Shown one piece after another: positions 1 to 9,315 of a stretch of DNA of 64,000 bases. A program made the translations under genes and the position numbers. Source of the DNA: Patescibacteria group bacterium. GTDB lineage: Bacteria > Patescibacteriota > Patescibacteriia > Magasanikbacterales > GWA2-37-8. The DNA lies in the NCBI GenBank assembly GCA_028705565.1, contig JAQWDH010000004.1, positions 11,728 through 75,727 on the forward strand, read 5' to 3'. The notes beneath the pieces are model-generated. The model saw nothing but the letters and a program-made list of their open reading frames with translations, was not told where the DNA came from and ran no database searches. Each line of letters starts with the position of its first letter. The stretch's first letter is position 1.

Positions 1-841
1 TTGCGTTGGTAATTTTTCCCATAACTTCCAATCCTTGGTCCGCTGAACGCACTGAAAAATCATCGTCTTCCGGATTATCTATGTTGTGGCTCGCGCGCAA
101 AGATTGTTTTATATACTCAACGCTGTCATCCGCGCTGTCGGATCTGTCAATTTTAACGCGCGCGAAATTTATATAATTTATTCCGAGAAGTAATTTTTGC
201 GCCGCGGTCACAGGCACAAAAATTTGGTCGTCCTGATTTTGAAAACCGCTTACCCCCCTTTCACGCATAACGCCGATAATACTAAAATTGGTTTTCTTGA
301 TTTTTATTTGATGTCCCAAAGGATTTTCATCGCCGAACAAATCCTCCGCCGTCTTGCTTCCAAGCACTGCCACGCGCGCGATTGATTTTTCTTCTTCTTC
401 CGTAAAAAATCTTCCTTGCGAAACGAATGTGTCTTCCACATCAATATAAGACGCGGACACTCCGACAAAATAAGTGTCAACTTTATTATCTCCCCAAGCC
501 ACCGTGTCAAGCCCGCGAGCGTAAGATGATGCCGCGATAACGCGCGGAAAAGCCGGAGAAACCAGATTTTGAATATCTTTGTTTTTTAAAGTCACGATAG
601 GCGTTCCGAAAACCGAAGCCGGAGGACCGTTTTCTTCAGATTTTCCAGGTAAAATTCCTATCAAATTTGAGCCCATGCTTTTTATTTGATTTAAAATCAA
701 ACTTTGCGCCCCGGCTCCGACCGACATTATCACTATCACGGACATTATGCCGATTATAATTCCGAGCATTGTCAAAAACGACCGCAATTTGTTGCGGCCG
801 ATGATTATAAAAGAATTGTGGACGCATTGAGAAAAATTCAT
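1..841 (-). CDS. ABC transporter permease, MacB/FtsX family; start codon at 839-841, the rest runs off the window start
   Basis: Reverse-strand translation from 841 gives MNFSQCVHNSFIIIGRNKLRSFLTMLGIIIGIMSVIVIMSVGAGAQS..., a typical MacB N-terminal TM1 plus periplasmic domain. It sits directly downstream of the ATPase gene. Confidence 0.75.
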   Translation of the reverse strand, partial: MNFSQCVHNSFIIIGRNKLRSFLTMLGIIIGIMSVIVIMSVGAGAQSLILNQIKSMGSNLIGILPGKSEENGPPASVFGTPIVTLKNKDIQNLVSPAFPRVIAASSYARGLDTVAWGDNKVDTYFVGVSASYIDVEDTFVSQGRFFTEEEEKSIARVAVLGSKTAEDLFGDENPLGHQIKIKKTNFSIIGVMRERGVSGFQNQDDQIFVPVTAAQKLLLGINYINFARVKIDRSDSADDSVEYIKQSLRASHNIDNPEDDDFSVRSADQGLEVMGKITNA

Positions 842-859
842 AACGAACGAATATGAAAT

Positions 860-1597
860 TTATTTAATCAATTCTTTCGCTCCATCGGCGATTTGTCGGT
901 TTCCAACCATTTCATCGCTTATTATCAGCCCGTCTTTAATTTTTAAAATGCGTTTGGAATGTTCGGCTGTGTATCTCTCATGAGTCACTAAAATTATCGT
1001 ATGTCCGTGGTCGTTCAATTCTTGTAAAATTTTCATCACCTGCAAACCGGATTTTGAATCCAAATTACCGGTCGGCTCGTCCGCGAATATCACAGCCGGA
1101 TCATTTATTAAAGCTCTCGCTATCGCCGCGCGTTGTTTTTCTCCGCCGGAAATCTGACCCGGCGTATGTGTTAAACGATGCTCAAGTCCTACTTCGGTTA
1201 AAACTTTTTTAGCTCTATACGCCCACTCTCTTTTGTGAACGTTGGTGTAAAACAAAGGCAAAATGATATTATCCAACAAAGTCGTCCGCGGAAGAAGATT
1301 GAACGCTTGAAAAATAAAACCGACTTCTTTGCCGCGAGTTTCAGCCAATTCGTCATCCGTGAATGTGTTAACATTCCTGCCATTAAAAAAATAATCCCCG
1401 GATGAAGGCCGTTCTAAAAATCCCAAAATATGCATCAAGGTTGACTTTCCGGAACCGGATGGACCCATAATCGCCACAAATTCGCCTTTTTCAATCTTAA
1501 AACTTACACCATTCAAAGCCGGTGTAACCACATCCTCATTTCTATATTCTTTTTTTAAGTTTTTTACTTCAAGCAAAGATTCTGACATAAAAATCAA
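860..1597 (-). CDS. ABC transporter ATP-binding protein (MacB/LolD-type)
   Basis: Walker A GPSGSGKST, ABC signature LSGGEKQRAAIARAL, Walker B IIFADEPTGNLD. Confidence 0.9.
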   Translation of the reverse strand: MIFMSESLLEVKNLKKEYRNEDVVTPALNGVSFKIEKGEFVAIMGPSGSGKSTLMHILGFLERPSSGDYFFNGRNVNTFTDDELAETRGKEVGFIFQAFNLLPRTTLLDNIILPLFYTNVHKREWAYRAKKVLTEVGLEHRLTHTPGQISGGEKQRAAIARALINDPAVIFADEPTGNLDSKSGLQVMKILQELNDHGHTIILVTHERYTAEHSKRILKIKDGLIISDEMVGNRQIADGAKELIK

Positions 1598-1604
1598 CGT
1601 TTTT

Positions 1605-3344
1605 TCACTTTTCGGTTTTCACGCTTAAAATTATTTCTTGCCCCTCGGTCAATCCTTCCGTTATTTCCACCAATCCGTTGTCTGCTTTTAAACCAAGCTT
1701 AACCGGAACTTCTTTTTCGGTTTTATTTTCCAAAACCCTAACGTATTTTCCGGTTTCGCCGCCCGCGCGCACGGCTCGCAAAGGAACATATAAAATATTT
1801 TCTCTTTTTTCGGTGTTCACGGTTACGTTAGCTGTCATACCCGACTTTATCGGTTTGTCGGACAAATCCAAAGCCACGCGCACTTTATAATAAACAACAT
1901 CTTGTATCTCTGTTGATGCCGGGTCAATCTGCAATATCTTCCCGGAAAACTTTACGTCTTCCCCGAACGCGTCCAATGTAATTTCGGTTTGGTCATTTAT
2001 TTTTAATTTTGCCACATCTGTTTCTGAAATATCTATTTTAATTTCATAAAAAGGAGTAAGCATTTGCACCGCTATATCAGAAGTGGAAATAAACTCTCCT
2101 CTTTTTTTATTCACTTTAGCGATGATGCCGTCAATCGGAGCGCGTATTATCGCTTTGTCGCGATTGGCGATTGCTTGAGAAAACGCCGCTCTGTAATACG
2201 CAATGTCAACTTCGCGTGGAGGTAAAATTTTACCCTGTAAATTCGCCAATGCCTGATTGTAAGATGCTTCCTTAACTTTAATAGCGCTCGCTGATGATGC
2301 TTTTGTATTTTCCAAATCTTTTATCGCTTTTTCATAAGCTATGTTATAAGTTGTGTAACTGTTTTTAGCGTCAAGAATCTCCTGCCTCTGACTGATTACG
2401 CTCGTATATTTCGCGGTGAGGGAAACACGGGTAGTTTCTATGGTTGTTTTTTTAGTATCCAAAGCGCTCTGCGTCAAGTTGCTTCCCTGCGGAGTCGCGG
2501 CCAAAACATCTGAAACGGAAACCAAAAGCTGATTCATCTTCGCGAGAGCATTCTCAGCCGCAATTAACGCGTCGTCTATATCTTTGTGGTCGCTTAAAGT
2601 GGTCAATGATAAAATAGCCGTTCTCGCGCTGTTTCTCGCTTCTTTGGCAGTATAATAATTATTTTGCGCCAAAGGCAATTTTGAAATATTATTTATTGAT
2701 AATTGCGTTTCAAACGAATCATTGGCAAAAATACTGTCAATGCCCAAGATATTGTCCGACTGTGTAATTGAGTCGTCTAAAATTGAAAGAACCGCCTGTA
2801 ATAAAGCAACCGCGTCTTCATAAGCGCTGCTCACTATACGGCTGCTTTCTCCTCCTTCGGCCATTTTTAAATTATTTTTGGCTGTTTCAAGCGCTGATTC
2901 CGTCTCTGTCACAGAACTTGACGCGTCGGCTTTGGCCTGTTCAAGCGCCGCCAAAGCGTTATCCGCGGCGGCGCGATAATAATCTCTTTCTTCGCCGGTC
3001 GCTCCTGCCAATTTTTGATTTAAATTCGCCTGCGCTTGCGCCACAGCCGCGTTCAAATCCGCCAAACGCAAATTAGCCAATAAATCTCCGGCTTTAACTT
3101 CATCGCCCTCTTTAACTTTAATAACGTCCAATGTGCCGGCTGTTTCAAATCTTAAAGACAGATCGTTGGCTGATTCTATTTTTCCGGTAGCTTCAACCGT
3201 TTGAGCCAAACTTCCTCTTTCAACTTTCACTGTTTCATAAGTAATCGTCTGATTGGTTTTTGCGTATTGCCAATACCCTATCGCCGCGGCCAACAAAATT
3301 ATCGTCAAAATTATATAAATTTTTTTTGATAAAAAAGAAAGCAT
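1605..3344 (-). CDS. HlyD-family periplasmic adaptor / membrane fusion protein (MacA-like)
   Basis: N-terminal TM, long Ala/Gln-rich coiled coil, C-terminal beta-barrel motifs; operon with the ABC ATPase and permease. Confidence 0.75.
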   Translation of the reverse strand: MLSFLSKKIYIILTIILLAAAIGYWQYAKTNQTITYETVKVERGSLAQTVEATGKIESANDLSLRFETAGTLDVIKVKEGDEVKAGDLLANLRLADLNAAVAQAQANLNQKLAGATGEERDYYRAAADNALAALEQAKADASSSVTETESALETAKNNLKMAEGGESSRIVSSAYEDAVALLQAVLSILDDSITQSDNILGIDSIFANDSFETQLSINNISKLPLAQNNYYTAKEARNSARTAILSLTTLSDHKDIDDALIAAENALAKMNQLLVSVSDVLAATPQGSNLTQSALDTKKTTIETTRVSLTAKYTSVISQRQEILDAKNSYTTYNIAYEKAIKDLENTKASSASAIKVKEASYNQALANLQGKILPPREVDIAYYRAAFSQAIANRDKAIIRAPIDGIIAKVNKKRGEFISTSDIAVQMLTPFYEIKIDISETDVAKLKINDQTEITLDAFGEDVKFSGKILQIDPASTEIQDVVYYKVRVALDLSDKPIKSGMTANVTVNTEKRENILYVPLRAVRAGGETGKYVRVLENKTEKEVPVKLGLKADNGLVEITEGLTEGQEIILSVKTEK

Positions 3345-3348
3345 ATAT

Positions 3349-4806
3349 TCATTTATCTTTTATGTAAATTTTTTTTATTTTGAAAAAATATTCTTTGGCG
3401 GCTTCGTATTCGTTTGGGATTTTACCGTCAAGAATCGCCTCTTCAATCGCCTCTTTGATTTTGCCGACGACAGGACCGGGTTTAAGTCCGCAAAGCTTCA
3501 TAATTTCGTCGCCTCTCAACGGCGATTGGAACGCTCTTAATTTGTCTTTTTCAATCACCTCGGCGATTCTTTTTTCCAAACGGTCATAATTTTTCAATCG
3601 CTGTTCTTTTTTATAAGGGTTGCCCGTTGTGATATCGCTCCTGCCTAATATCAAAAGGTCGTTTAATTCTTCGCCTAAATTTACTATCAATCTTCTCACA
3701 GCCGAATCTGTAATGCCTTCATCCATTAAACTTATCGGCTGTTGATGCCAGCGGACAAGTTTGGTTAAATAATCGGTCAAGTCCTTTGAAAAACGCAAAC
3801 GCCTGCTTATTTGAAAAGTTAATTTTTTACCAACATGCTCGTGCTGATAAAAAGTCCAGCCGATTTTCGGAAAGAATTTTTTTGTCGTGAATTTTCCGAT
3901 ATCATGCAAAAGCCCCGCTAAACGCAAAGAAACTTTTTCGGTTCTTTCGGAAATATTGTCAACGACTTTAAAAGTGTGCGTTAAATTATTTTTATGCTGA
4001 TGCCCATATATTTCCTCAACCCCATCCAATCTCGCGACCTCCGGCAAAAACATATCCAAAAGATGAGTTTGAAACATTAAAATAAGCCCGATTGACGGTT
4101 GTTTGCATGCCAATAATTTTAAAAGTTCTTCTTGAATTCTTTCAGCTGAAACTATTTTTAATCTTTCGCGATTGCGAAAAATCGCTTCCAACGCCGTTTT
4201 CTCCGCTGAAAAACCAAGCTGAGCCGCGAACCTAACGCATCTCATCATACGCAAAGGGTCATCGCTGAATGTTTTATCCGGGTCAAGCGGAGTGCGTAAA
4301 ACTTTGTTTTTTAAATCTTTTTTTCCATTAAATAAATCAATAACAACCTTGTCAATTGCGCTCGTGTCTTTCTTTTTAAGCGATAAAACCGATATCATGT
4401 CCGAAACTGACACGGCCATCGCATTGACGGTAAAATCTCGGCGCGCCAAATCTTCTTTCAAAGTTGTCGCCTCAACGATTGGCTTGCGCGTTTCCTTATC
4501 ATATTTTTCAACGCGCGCGCCCGCGAATTCAAGCACCGTTGTTTCTTTGTTTTCGCCGACTATATATCTCGCGGTGTCAAAATCGGAAAACTCAACTAAA
4601 CTTCCTTTTTGTTTCCACGCCTCATCCAATTTTCTCGCAAATTCAATTCCGCTTCCGACCACGACAAAATCAATGTCTTTATTTTGCTCCACTCCCATTA
4701 AATAATCGCGCGCAAAACCGCCGACTGCGTAAATCGGCGTTTTTGTTTTTTTAGCGACCGTGTCAATTTTTTTAAAAACAGACAAAACCGACAACATATT
4801 TTGCAT
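3349..4806 (-). CDS. cca: CCA tRNA nucleotidyltransferase (poly(A) polymerase head domain + HD domain)
   Basis: GGFARDYLMG...DIDF nucleotidyltransferase motif and a later HD motif (LLHDIGK). Confidence 0.75.
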   Translation of the reverse strand: MQNMLSVLSVFKKIDTVAKKTKTPIYAVGGFARDYLMGVEQNKDIDFVVVGSGIEFARKLDEAWKQKGSLVEFSDFDTARYIVGENKETTVLEFAGARVEKYDKETRKPIVEATTLKEDLARRDFTVNAMAVSVSDMISVLSLKKKDTSAIDKVVIDLFNGKKDLKNKVLRTPLDPDKTFSDDPLRMMRCVRFAAQLGFSAEKTALEAIFRNRERLKIVSAERIQEELLKLLACKQPSIGLILMFQTHLLDMFLPEVARLDGVEEIYGHQHKNNLTHTFKVVDNISERTEKVSLRLAGLLHDIGKFTTKKFFPKIGWTFYQHEHVGKKLTFQISRRLRFSKDLTDYLTKLVRWHQQPISLMDEGITDSAVRRLIVNLGEELNDLLILGRSDITTGNPYKKEQRLKNYDRLEKRIAEVIEKDKLRAFQSPLRGDEIMKLCGLKPGPVVGKIKEAIEEAILDGKIPNEYEAAKEYFFKIKKIYIKDK

Positions 4807-4831
4807 TGACTAAAAATCAAAATGACAAAAT

Positions 4832-5866
4832 CTAAACTTTTTTATTTCGTCCGGTTCTCTTCTCCGCCATTTCCTTTTCCACCCATCCTTCTTCAACCAA
4901 ATGTTTAATGGAATTTTCCAAAGTTATCATTCCCTCTTTAGCGCCCGTTTGAATAGCTGATTTGATTTGATTGATATTATTTTCTTTAATCAAGCTTGCG
5001 ATTGCCGGCGTGTTGATTAAAATTTCTCGCGCCGCAACGCGTCCGCCGTCTTTCGCTGGCAAAAGATGCTGCGCCACCACCGCACGCAACACGGAAGAAA
5101 ACTGAATTAAAATTTGTTTTTGCTTATCGCCTTCAAAAACATCCACTATCCTTTCCACGGCTTCCGCCGCGCTTGGGGTATGCAAAGTTGAAAAAACCAA
5201 GTGACCGGTTTCTGCCGCGGTCAAAACCGTGGCGATTGTTTCAGGGTCGCGCATTTCCCCAACCAAAATCACATTCGGGTCCTGGCGTAAAACATGTTTC
5301 AACGCCGCGGCGAATGACTTGGTGTCAGAACCGACTTCACGCTGTTCAATCAAACTTTTTTTGTCTTTAAAAATAAATTCAATCGGGTCTTCAATTGTTA
5401 CAATATGCGCCTTGCGGGTTTTATTTATTTCTTCAATGATTGAAGCCATTGTGGTTGATTTGCCGCAACCGGTCGCTCCTGTAATAAGAACAAGCCCGTC
5501 CAATAAATTTTGAATTTCCATCAAATACGGTTCAAAATGCAAATCTTTCGGAGTTGGTATTTCCGATGGTATCAAACGCGTTGTCAAACCGATATTTCCT
5601 TCCTGCTGGTGCAAATTCACGCGAAAACGCGCATCGTCCAATTCATAACCAAAATCCAATTCTTTTTCTTCTTCAAAGGCATCCTTTTGCTCTTTCGTGA
5701 GCAACCCGTAAATCGCGGTTTGCAATTCTTTGTTGTCTATCTTTTTATCATCCAATTCTTCCAGTTGTCCTTCAATTCTTAATGCCGGCTTTTCGCCTCC
5801 GACCAAATGCAAATCAGACGCGTCTTTTTTAATCGCCTCCTTTAAAAAACTCTTGATATTCAACAT
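4832..5866 (-). CDS. pilT: Type IV pilus retraction ATPase PilT
   Basis: Walker A GATGCGKSTT and PilT/PilU-type C-terminal region; 344 aa. Confidence 0.85.
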   Translation of the reverse strand: MLNIKSFLKEAIKKDASDLHLVGGEKPALRIEGQLEELDDKKIDNKELQTAIYGLLTKEQKDAFEEEKELDFGYELDDARFRVNLHQQEGNIGLTTRLIPSEIPTPKDLHFEPYLMEIQNLLDGLVLITGATGCGKSTTMASIIEEINKTRKAHIVTIEDPIEFIFKDKKSLIEQREVGSDTKSFAAALKHVLRQDPNVILVGEMRDPETIATVLTAAETGHLVFSTLHTPSAAEAVERIVDVFEGDKQKQILIQFSSVLRAVVAQHLLPAKDGGRVAAREILINTPAIASLIKENNINQIKSAIQTGAKEGMITLENSIKHLVEEGWVEKEMAEKRTGRNKKV

Positions 5867-5957
5867 AAAAATGTATTAAATATATGTATTGATTATAACA
5901 CGTAAAATCGCTCTTGAAAAGCGAATAAAGATATGTTATTCTTTAAAAAGAACAAAA

Positions 5958-5975
5958 TCGGGCTGTAGCTCAGTT
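5958..5975 (+). repeat. 18-bp duplicate of the tRNA-Pro 5' end (tcgggctgtagctcagtt), not part of a complete tRNA
   Basis: Identical to 6202-6219. The downstream sequence has no 3' acceptor complement. Confidence 0.6.
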
Positions 5976-6202
5976 TCCGCCAAGGCCTGCCTGTCGGCAG
6001 ACAGGGCGGACCAGCCTTTGGCTGGGGTTAGTTATCTTTATGTATTCAATATACTTTCTAAAAAGTTTAAAAAATAGTAAGTATTATGTTGGCGTAACAA
6101 ACAAAAAACCTATCATCAGATTAAAAAAGAAAAAAATTATAAAAATGGTTTTGGAAAACAAATTAAAAACGCAATCATTAAATTAGTAGAAAAATTTACT
6201 TT

Positions 6203-6275
6203 CGGGCTGTAGCTCAGTTGGTAGAGCGCATGGTTCGGGACCATGAGGCCGCAGGTTCAAGTCCTGTCAGCCCGA
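6203..6275 (+). tRNA. tRNA-Pro (anticodon CGG); CCA not encoded
   Basis: Manual fold: acceptor CGGGCTG/CAGCCCG, D arm GCTC/GAGC, anticodon stem CATGG/CCATG, loop TTCGGGA (G37), T arm GCAGG-TTCAAGT-CCTGT, discriminator A. Confidence 0.85.
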
Positions 6276-6423
6276 CGAACGAAGTGAGAAGGGATGAAGC
6301 AAACAAATTGTTTTGCTTGCGTCAAGAATTGAACGCCGGAGCGATGTTTTGCGAGTTTGATGACGAGCAAAACCGCGAGGCGGTGGCCAGACAAAATTTT
6401 CGGAAGAAAATTTTAGTCGAGGC

Positions 6424-6450
6424 CAAGTCCTGTCAGCCCGACGAACGAAG
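6424..6450 (+). repeat. 27-bp direct repeat of the tRNA-Pro 3' end plus 3' flank (caagtcctgtcagcccgacgaacgaag); att-like scar
   Basis: Exact copy of 6258-6284 lying 166 bp downstream. Confidence 0.7.
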
Positions 6451-6597
6451 GACTTTCGCAAGATCGGCTCGCTAAGCTCGCCGATATAGCCAATAATACG
6501 TAAAATTGAGCAAGACGAAAATCAAAATCCGACATTAGACACACTAAAAAAACTCGCAAAAGCGCTTGCGGTTAGTGTTGATGATTTAATAAAATAA
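6444..6597 (+). pseudogene. XRE-family HTH regulator remnant (5'-truncated, frameshifted paralog of the 35287-35484 gene)
   Basis: Translates as ..GLSQDRLAKLADIANNT then, after a 5-nt deletion, IEQDENQNPTLDTLKKLAKALAVSVDDLIK*. This aligns with KGFSQEKLARLADVANNTIIKIEAGKNQNPTLNTLKKIAKALEVSIDKLIG. No start codon; the N-terminal part is replaced by the tRNA 3' repeat. Confidence 0.55.
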
Positions 6598-6601
6598 AAT
6601 T

Positions 6602-7477
6602 ATGTTTGATGATAAAATATTTATCACTAAATGCACTGTAATTGATGGCATTTATGATTGTCTTAACAAAGAAACGCAGGAAAACAGAATAAAAAAAGTT
6701 GAAATTGCAACATATTCTGAAAGAGCTGATGAATTTGATGAAAAAAAAATGTTAAATTTGACCCTTGAACATCAAGAAATTTTAATGCCCTTAATGAACC
6801 TGCCGAAAGGATCCACGATACTCGAAATAGGAGGTGGTGATGGTCGATTTGCTTTTTACTTGATGAAAAATGGGTATACAGTAATTGAATCAGATATTGC
6901 TCTTGGTAGTGTACAAAAAACAAAATCAATAGCCGATAAACATAATATATCAAACGGTGTCTTTGCTGTTATTGACGCAGAGAACCTGCCGTTTAAAGAT
7001 GAGAGTCTGGACGGAATTTTTATGGTTGCTTCTTTGCACCACTTGCCTTATCCAGAAAAGGCGATTGTTGAATTTAATCGCTGTCTTAAAAATAATGGCT
7101 ATCTGCTTATACTTCGAGAACCTGCTTCTTGGCAATATAAATTATTTGGACCGATCTTTTGGATAATAAGGATGATAGCAAGAAATAAGAATAAAAATTT
7201 ATTTTCACTAGCCGATGATGAAACAAGGGGTTTTTCGATTAAACAACTTAAACAATTATTATTTAATTTTAGCAATATTGAATTAAAACCAACAAGTTAT
7301 TTATATAAGTGTTATTATAATTTTTTATTATTGTTAAAAAAATTTTCAGGAAAACCCATAAAAGAAAATATTAAAATAAAGACTTTTTTAAAAAAACTTG
7401 ATAATTTTATAAAAAAGTTGCCAATAATAAAAAATTGTTGTTGGGATTGGGATATATACTGTCGGAAAAAAGGTTAA
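6602..7477 (+). CDS. Class I SAM-dependent methyltransferase
   Basis: Motif I LEIGGGDGRF, motif II DGIFMVASLHH (Methyltransf_11-like); starts 4 nt after the XRE remnant stop. Confidence 0.75.
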   Translation: MFDDKIFITKCTVIDGIYDCLNKETQENRIKKVEIATYSERADEFDEKKMLNLTLEHQEILMPLMNLPKGSTILEIGGGDGRFAFYLMKNGYTVIESDIALGSVQKTKSIADKHNISNGVFAVIDAENLPFKDESLDGIFMVASLHHLPYPEKAIVEFNRCLKNNGYLLILREPASWQYKLFGPIFWIIRMIARNKNKNLFSLADDETRGFSIKQLKQLLFNFSNIELKPTSYLYKCYYNFLLLLKKFSGKPIKENIKIKTFLKKLDNFIKKLPIIKNCCWDWDIYCRKKG

Positions 7478-7545
7478 AAATTGTTTAAATGTATAAATAA
7501 CTTAAAACCCCGACGATTTATTCGCCGGGGTATTTTAATTTAAAA

Positions 7546-8631
7546 TTATTTTTTATTCGCCAATTCGCGCTTTAAATAATCAACAAACGGTATCGCTGTC
7601 GGGTCAATGCCGTCGTGAACAGCGGAATAAAAACTTAAATATCCGCTGAATGCCAAAACTTCGCAAACTTGCGCCAAAGAAGTTTTTTCACGGCATGAAT
7701 AAGAAATGTGTTCAATGTTATTTTTATCCAAAACTTGTTTTGTTATTTTATATCTTTTTCTCGTTCTCTTATCGTATAAGCCTGATTCAATAAAAATAAA
7801 AATAATATCGCTTCCGTTGGTCCTCGGATTCGCCAACCCTTCCAAAAGATGATGATTTAACTCCGGCAAAACAAAATATCCGGAAAATCTTTTCGCGTTC
7901 TCGTTCATTTGATTGGAGGCGATGTGGATATTGCCCGACAAGTGTTCCGACCCGACGAACCAAACACTTTTGCCAAATGATTTTACAGCCGTTGTTTTCG
8001 CTTGATTATCCGGTGTCGCGGAGCCTGCGCCGAATAATTTCACGTATTTTTTTATAATCTCTTCGGCTGATTTCAGCTCTTTTGCGCCGAATTTTAAAAC
8101 TCCCGCTTTGGCCAAAATAATCATTTGCCCAAAAATTGAATAACACAAACCCATGCGCGGAGAACCGCAAGGATTGTTGTCGGTGGTAAAAATAAACGCC
8201 GGAATTTTATATTTTTCAGCCATCGCGGCCAATTTTCCTCCGGCGGAAATTACGGCTATTTTCGCTTTCTTTTCTCTCGCTTCGTTAAAAGCCGAGATAA
8301 CTTCTTCGGTATTGCCGGAATAACTGGACGCGATAACCAATGTGTTATTATCAACAAACGCCGGTAAACGATAATCGTTTATTATTTCCAAAGGAATTTT
8401 CAAGTAATTGAAAAAAAGAACTTTTATAGCATGCGTTCCCAAAGCCGAACCTCCCATGCCGAAAACCGCGATATTTTTCACGGTTTTATAATTTGCCGGT
8501 AATTTTAACTTAACTCCGCTTTTCCAAATTTCTTCCGCCTGTTTGGCAAACGCCTCCAAACTTCCAAGCATATTTTTCGTGTCCAATTTTTTAATTTCAG
8601 CGAGATTATCTAAAATATTTTGACTGCTCAT
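7546..8631 (-). CDS. Bifunctional phosphoglucose/phosphomannose isomerase (SIS domain)
   Basis: Twin SIS domains (VFGMGGSALG ... SYSGNTEE); 361 aa. Confidence 0.65.
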   Translation of the reverse strand: MSSQNILDNLAEIKKLDTKNMLGSLEAFAKQAEEIWKSGVKLKLPANYKTVKNIAVFGMGGSALGTHAIKVLFFNYLKIPLEIINDYRLPAFVDNNTLVIASSYSGNTEEVISAFNEAREKKAKIAVISAGGKLAAMAEKYKIPAFIFTTDNNPCGSPRMGLCYSIFGQMIILAKAGVLKFGAKELKSAEEIIKKYVKLFGAGSATPDNQAKTTAVKSFGKSVWFVGSEHLSGNIHIASNQMNENAKRFSGYFVLPELNHHLLEGLANPRTNGSDIIFIFIESGLYDKRTRKRYKITKQVLDKNNIEHISYSCREKTSLAQVCEVLAFSGYLSFYSAVHDGIDPTAIPFVDYLKRELANKK

Positions 8632-8729
8632 AAATTAAAGTTATATTTATATTTTATATCTTACCACATAGCCGATTTTTATAAAAGATAAAACAAAAAA
8701 ACGGGTCGCTTAAGCGTTGCCCGTATATT

Positions 8730-9218
8730 TTAAAAAAAATACCTCCCTAATTCCTTTATATTCCACCCCCTAAAAATTTCTTTAAATTTCCAATCATCAC
8801 CCTCTGATTCATCTATAAAGGCGACTATGAGACAAAAATTTTTTTTACCGTTATTTTTATAATAAACGGCAAAACAACACAAATCCTTCTCTTCAAATTC
8901 AGATAGATTGCATCCTATCTTAGTCGGACGAAACACAATAATCGTTCCGATTTTACTTTTCTTGTCCACCCACCTTTTTAAAATTTCTTCTTCCAGAATT
9001 TTATTTTCCGTATCATCGCCTATGTTTTTAAACTTTAAATCTCCGTCAAATTTACCGAAAAGCATACTTTCACCAGCCTGAACTTTTCCAATTATTTTAT
9101 TCTGAATTTGCAGGCATGATTGCCTTTTTTTATAATCTTTTTTCAATCTTATGGCGAAATTCAAAAAGAAACCCGCCACAAAACTTACCACTCCTAATAA
9201 TAATCCTAGTATTATCAA
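8730..9218 (-). CDS. Hypothetical membrane-anchored protein
   Basis: Single N-terminal TM then a soluble domain; no recognisable motif. Confidence 0.35.
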   Translation of the reverse strand: MIILGLLLGVVSFVAGFFLNFAIRLKKDYKKRQSCLQIQNKIIGKVQAGESMLFGKFDGDLKFKNIGDDTENKILEEEILKRWVDKKSKIGTIIVFRPTKIGCNLSEFEEKDLCCFAVYYKNNGKKNFCLIVAFIDESEGDDWKFKEIFRGWNIKELGRYFF

Positions 9219-9315
9219 TGTTCGCCTCCTTTTAATTTTTTGACCTGCATAATTTTAACTTAAACAAAAACAGATGTCAATACTGGCATCTGTTTAAAAA
9301 TATTTTGCCATTTCT

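Noticed and set aside
5958-6040. Possible second tRNA or SRP/other small RNA beginning GGGCTGTAGCTCAGTT and followed by a structured GC-rich stretch (tccgcc...ggcgga, cctgtc-ggca-gacagg, ccagcc-ttt-ggctgg)
   Set aside because: There is no 3' acceptor complement (ACAGCCC) and no T-arm, so it is not a tRNA. There is no GNRA-tetraloop or AGCAGCC SRP domain IV signature. It is best explained as an 18-bp duplicate of the tRNA-Pro 5' end plus adjacent hairpins; retained only as a repeat.
6218-6475. 85-aa ORF in the six-frame track (MVERMVRDHEAAGSSPVSPTNE...)
   Set aside because: It overlaps the tRNA-Pro gene and the att-like repeat and has no RBS or motif; a spurious ORF.
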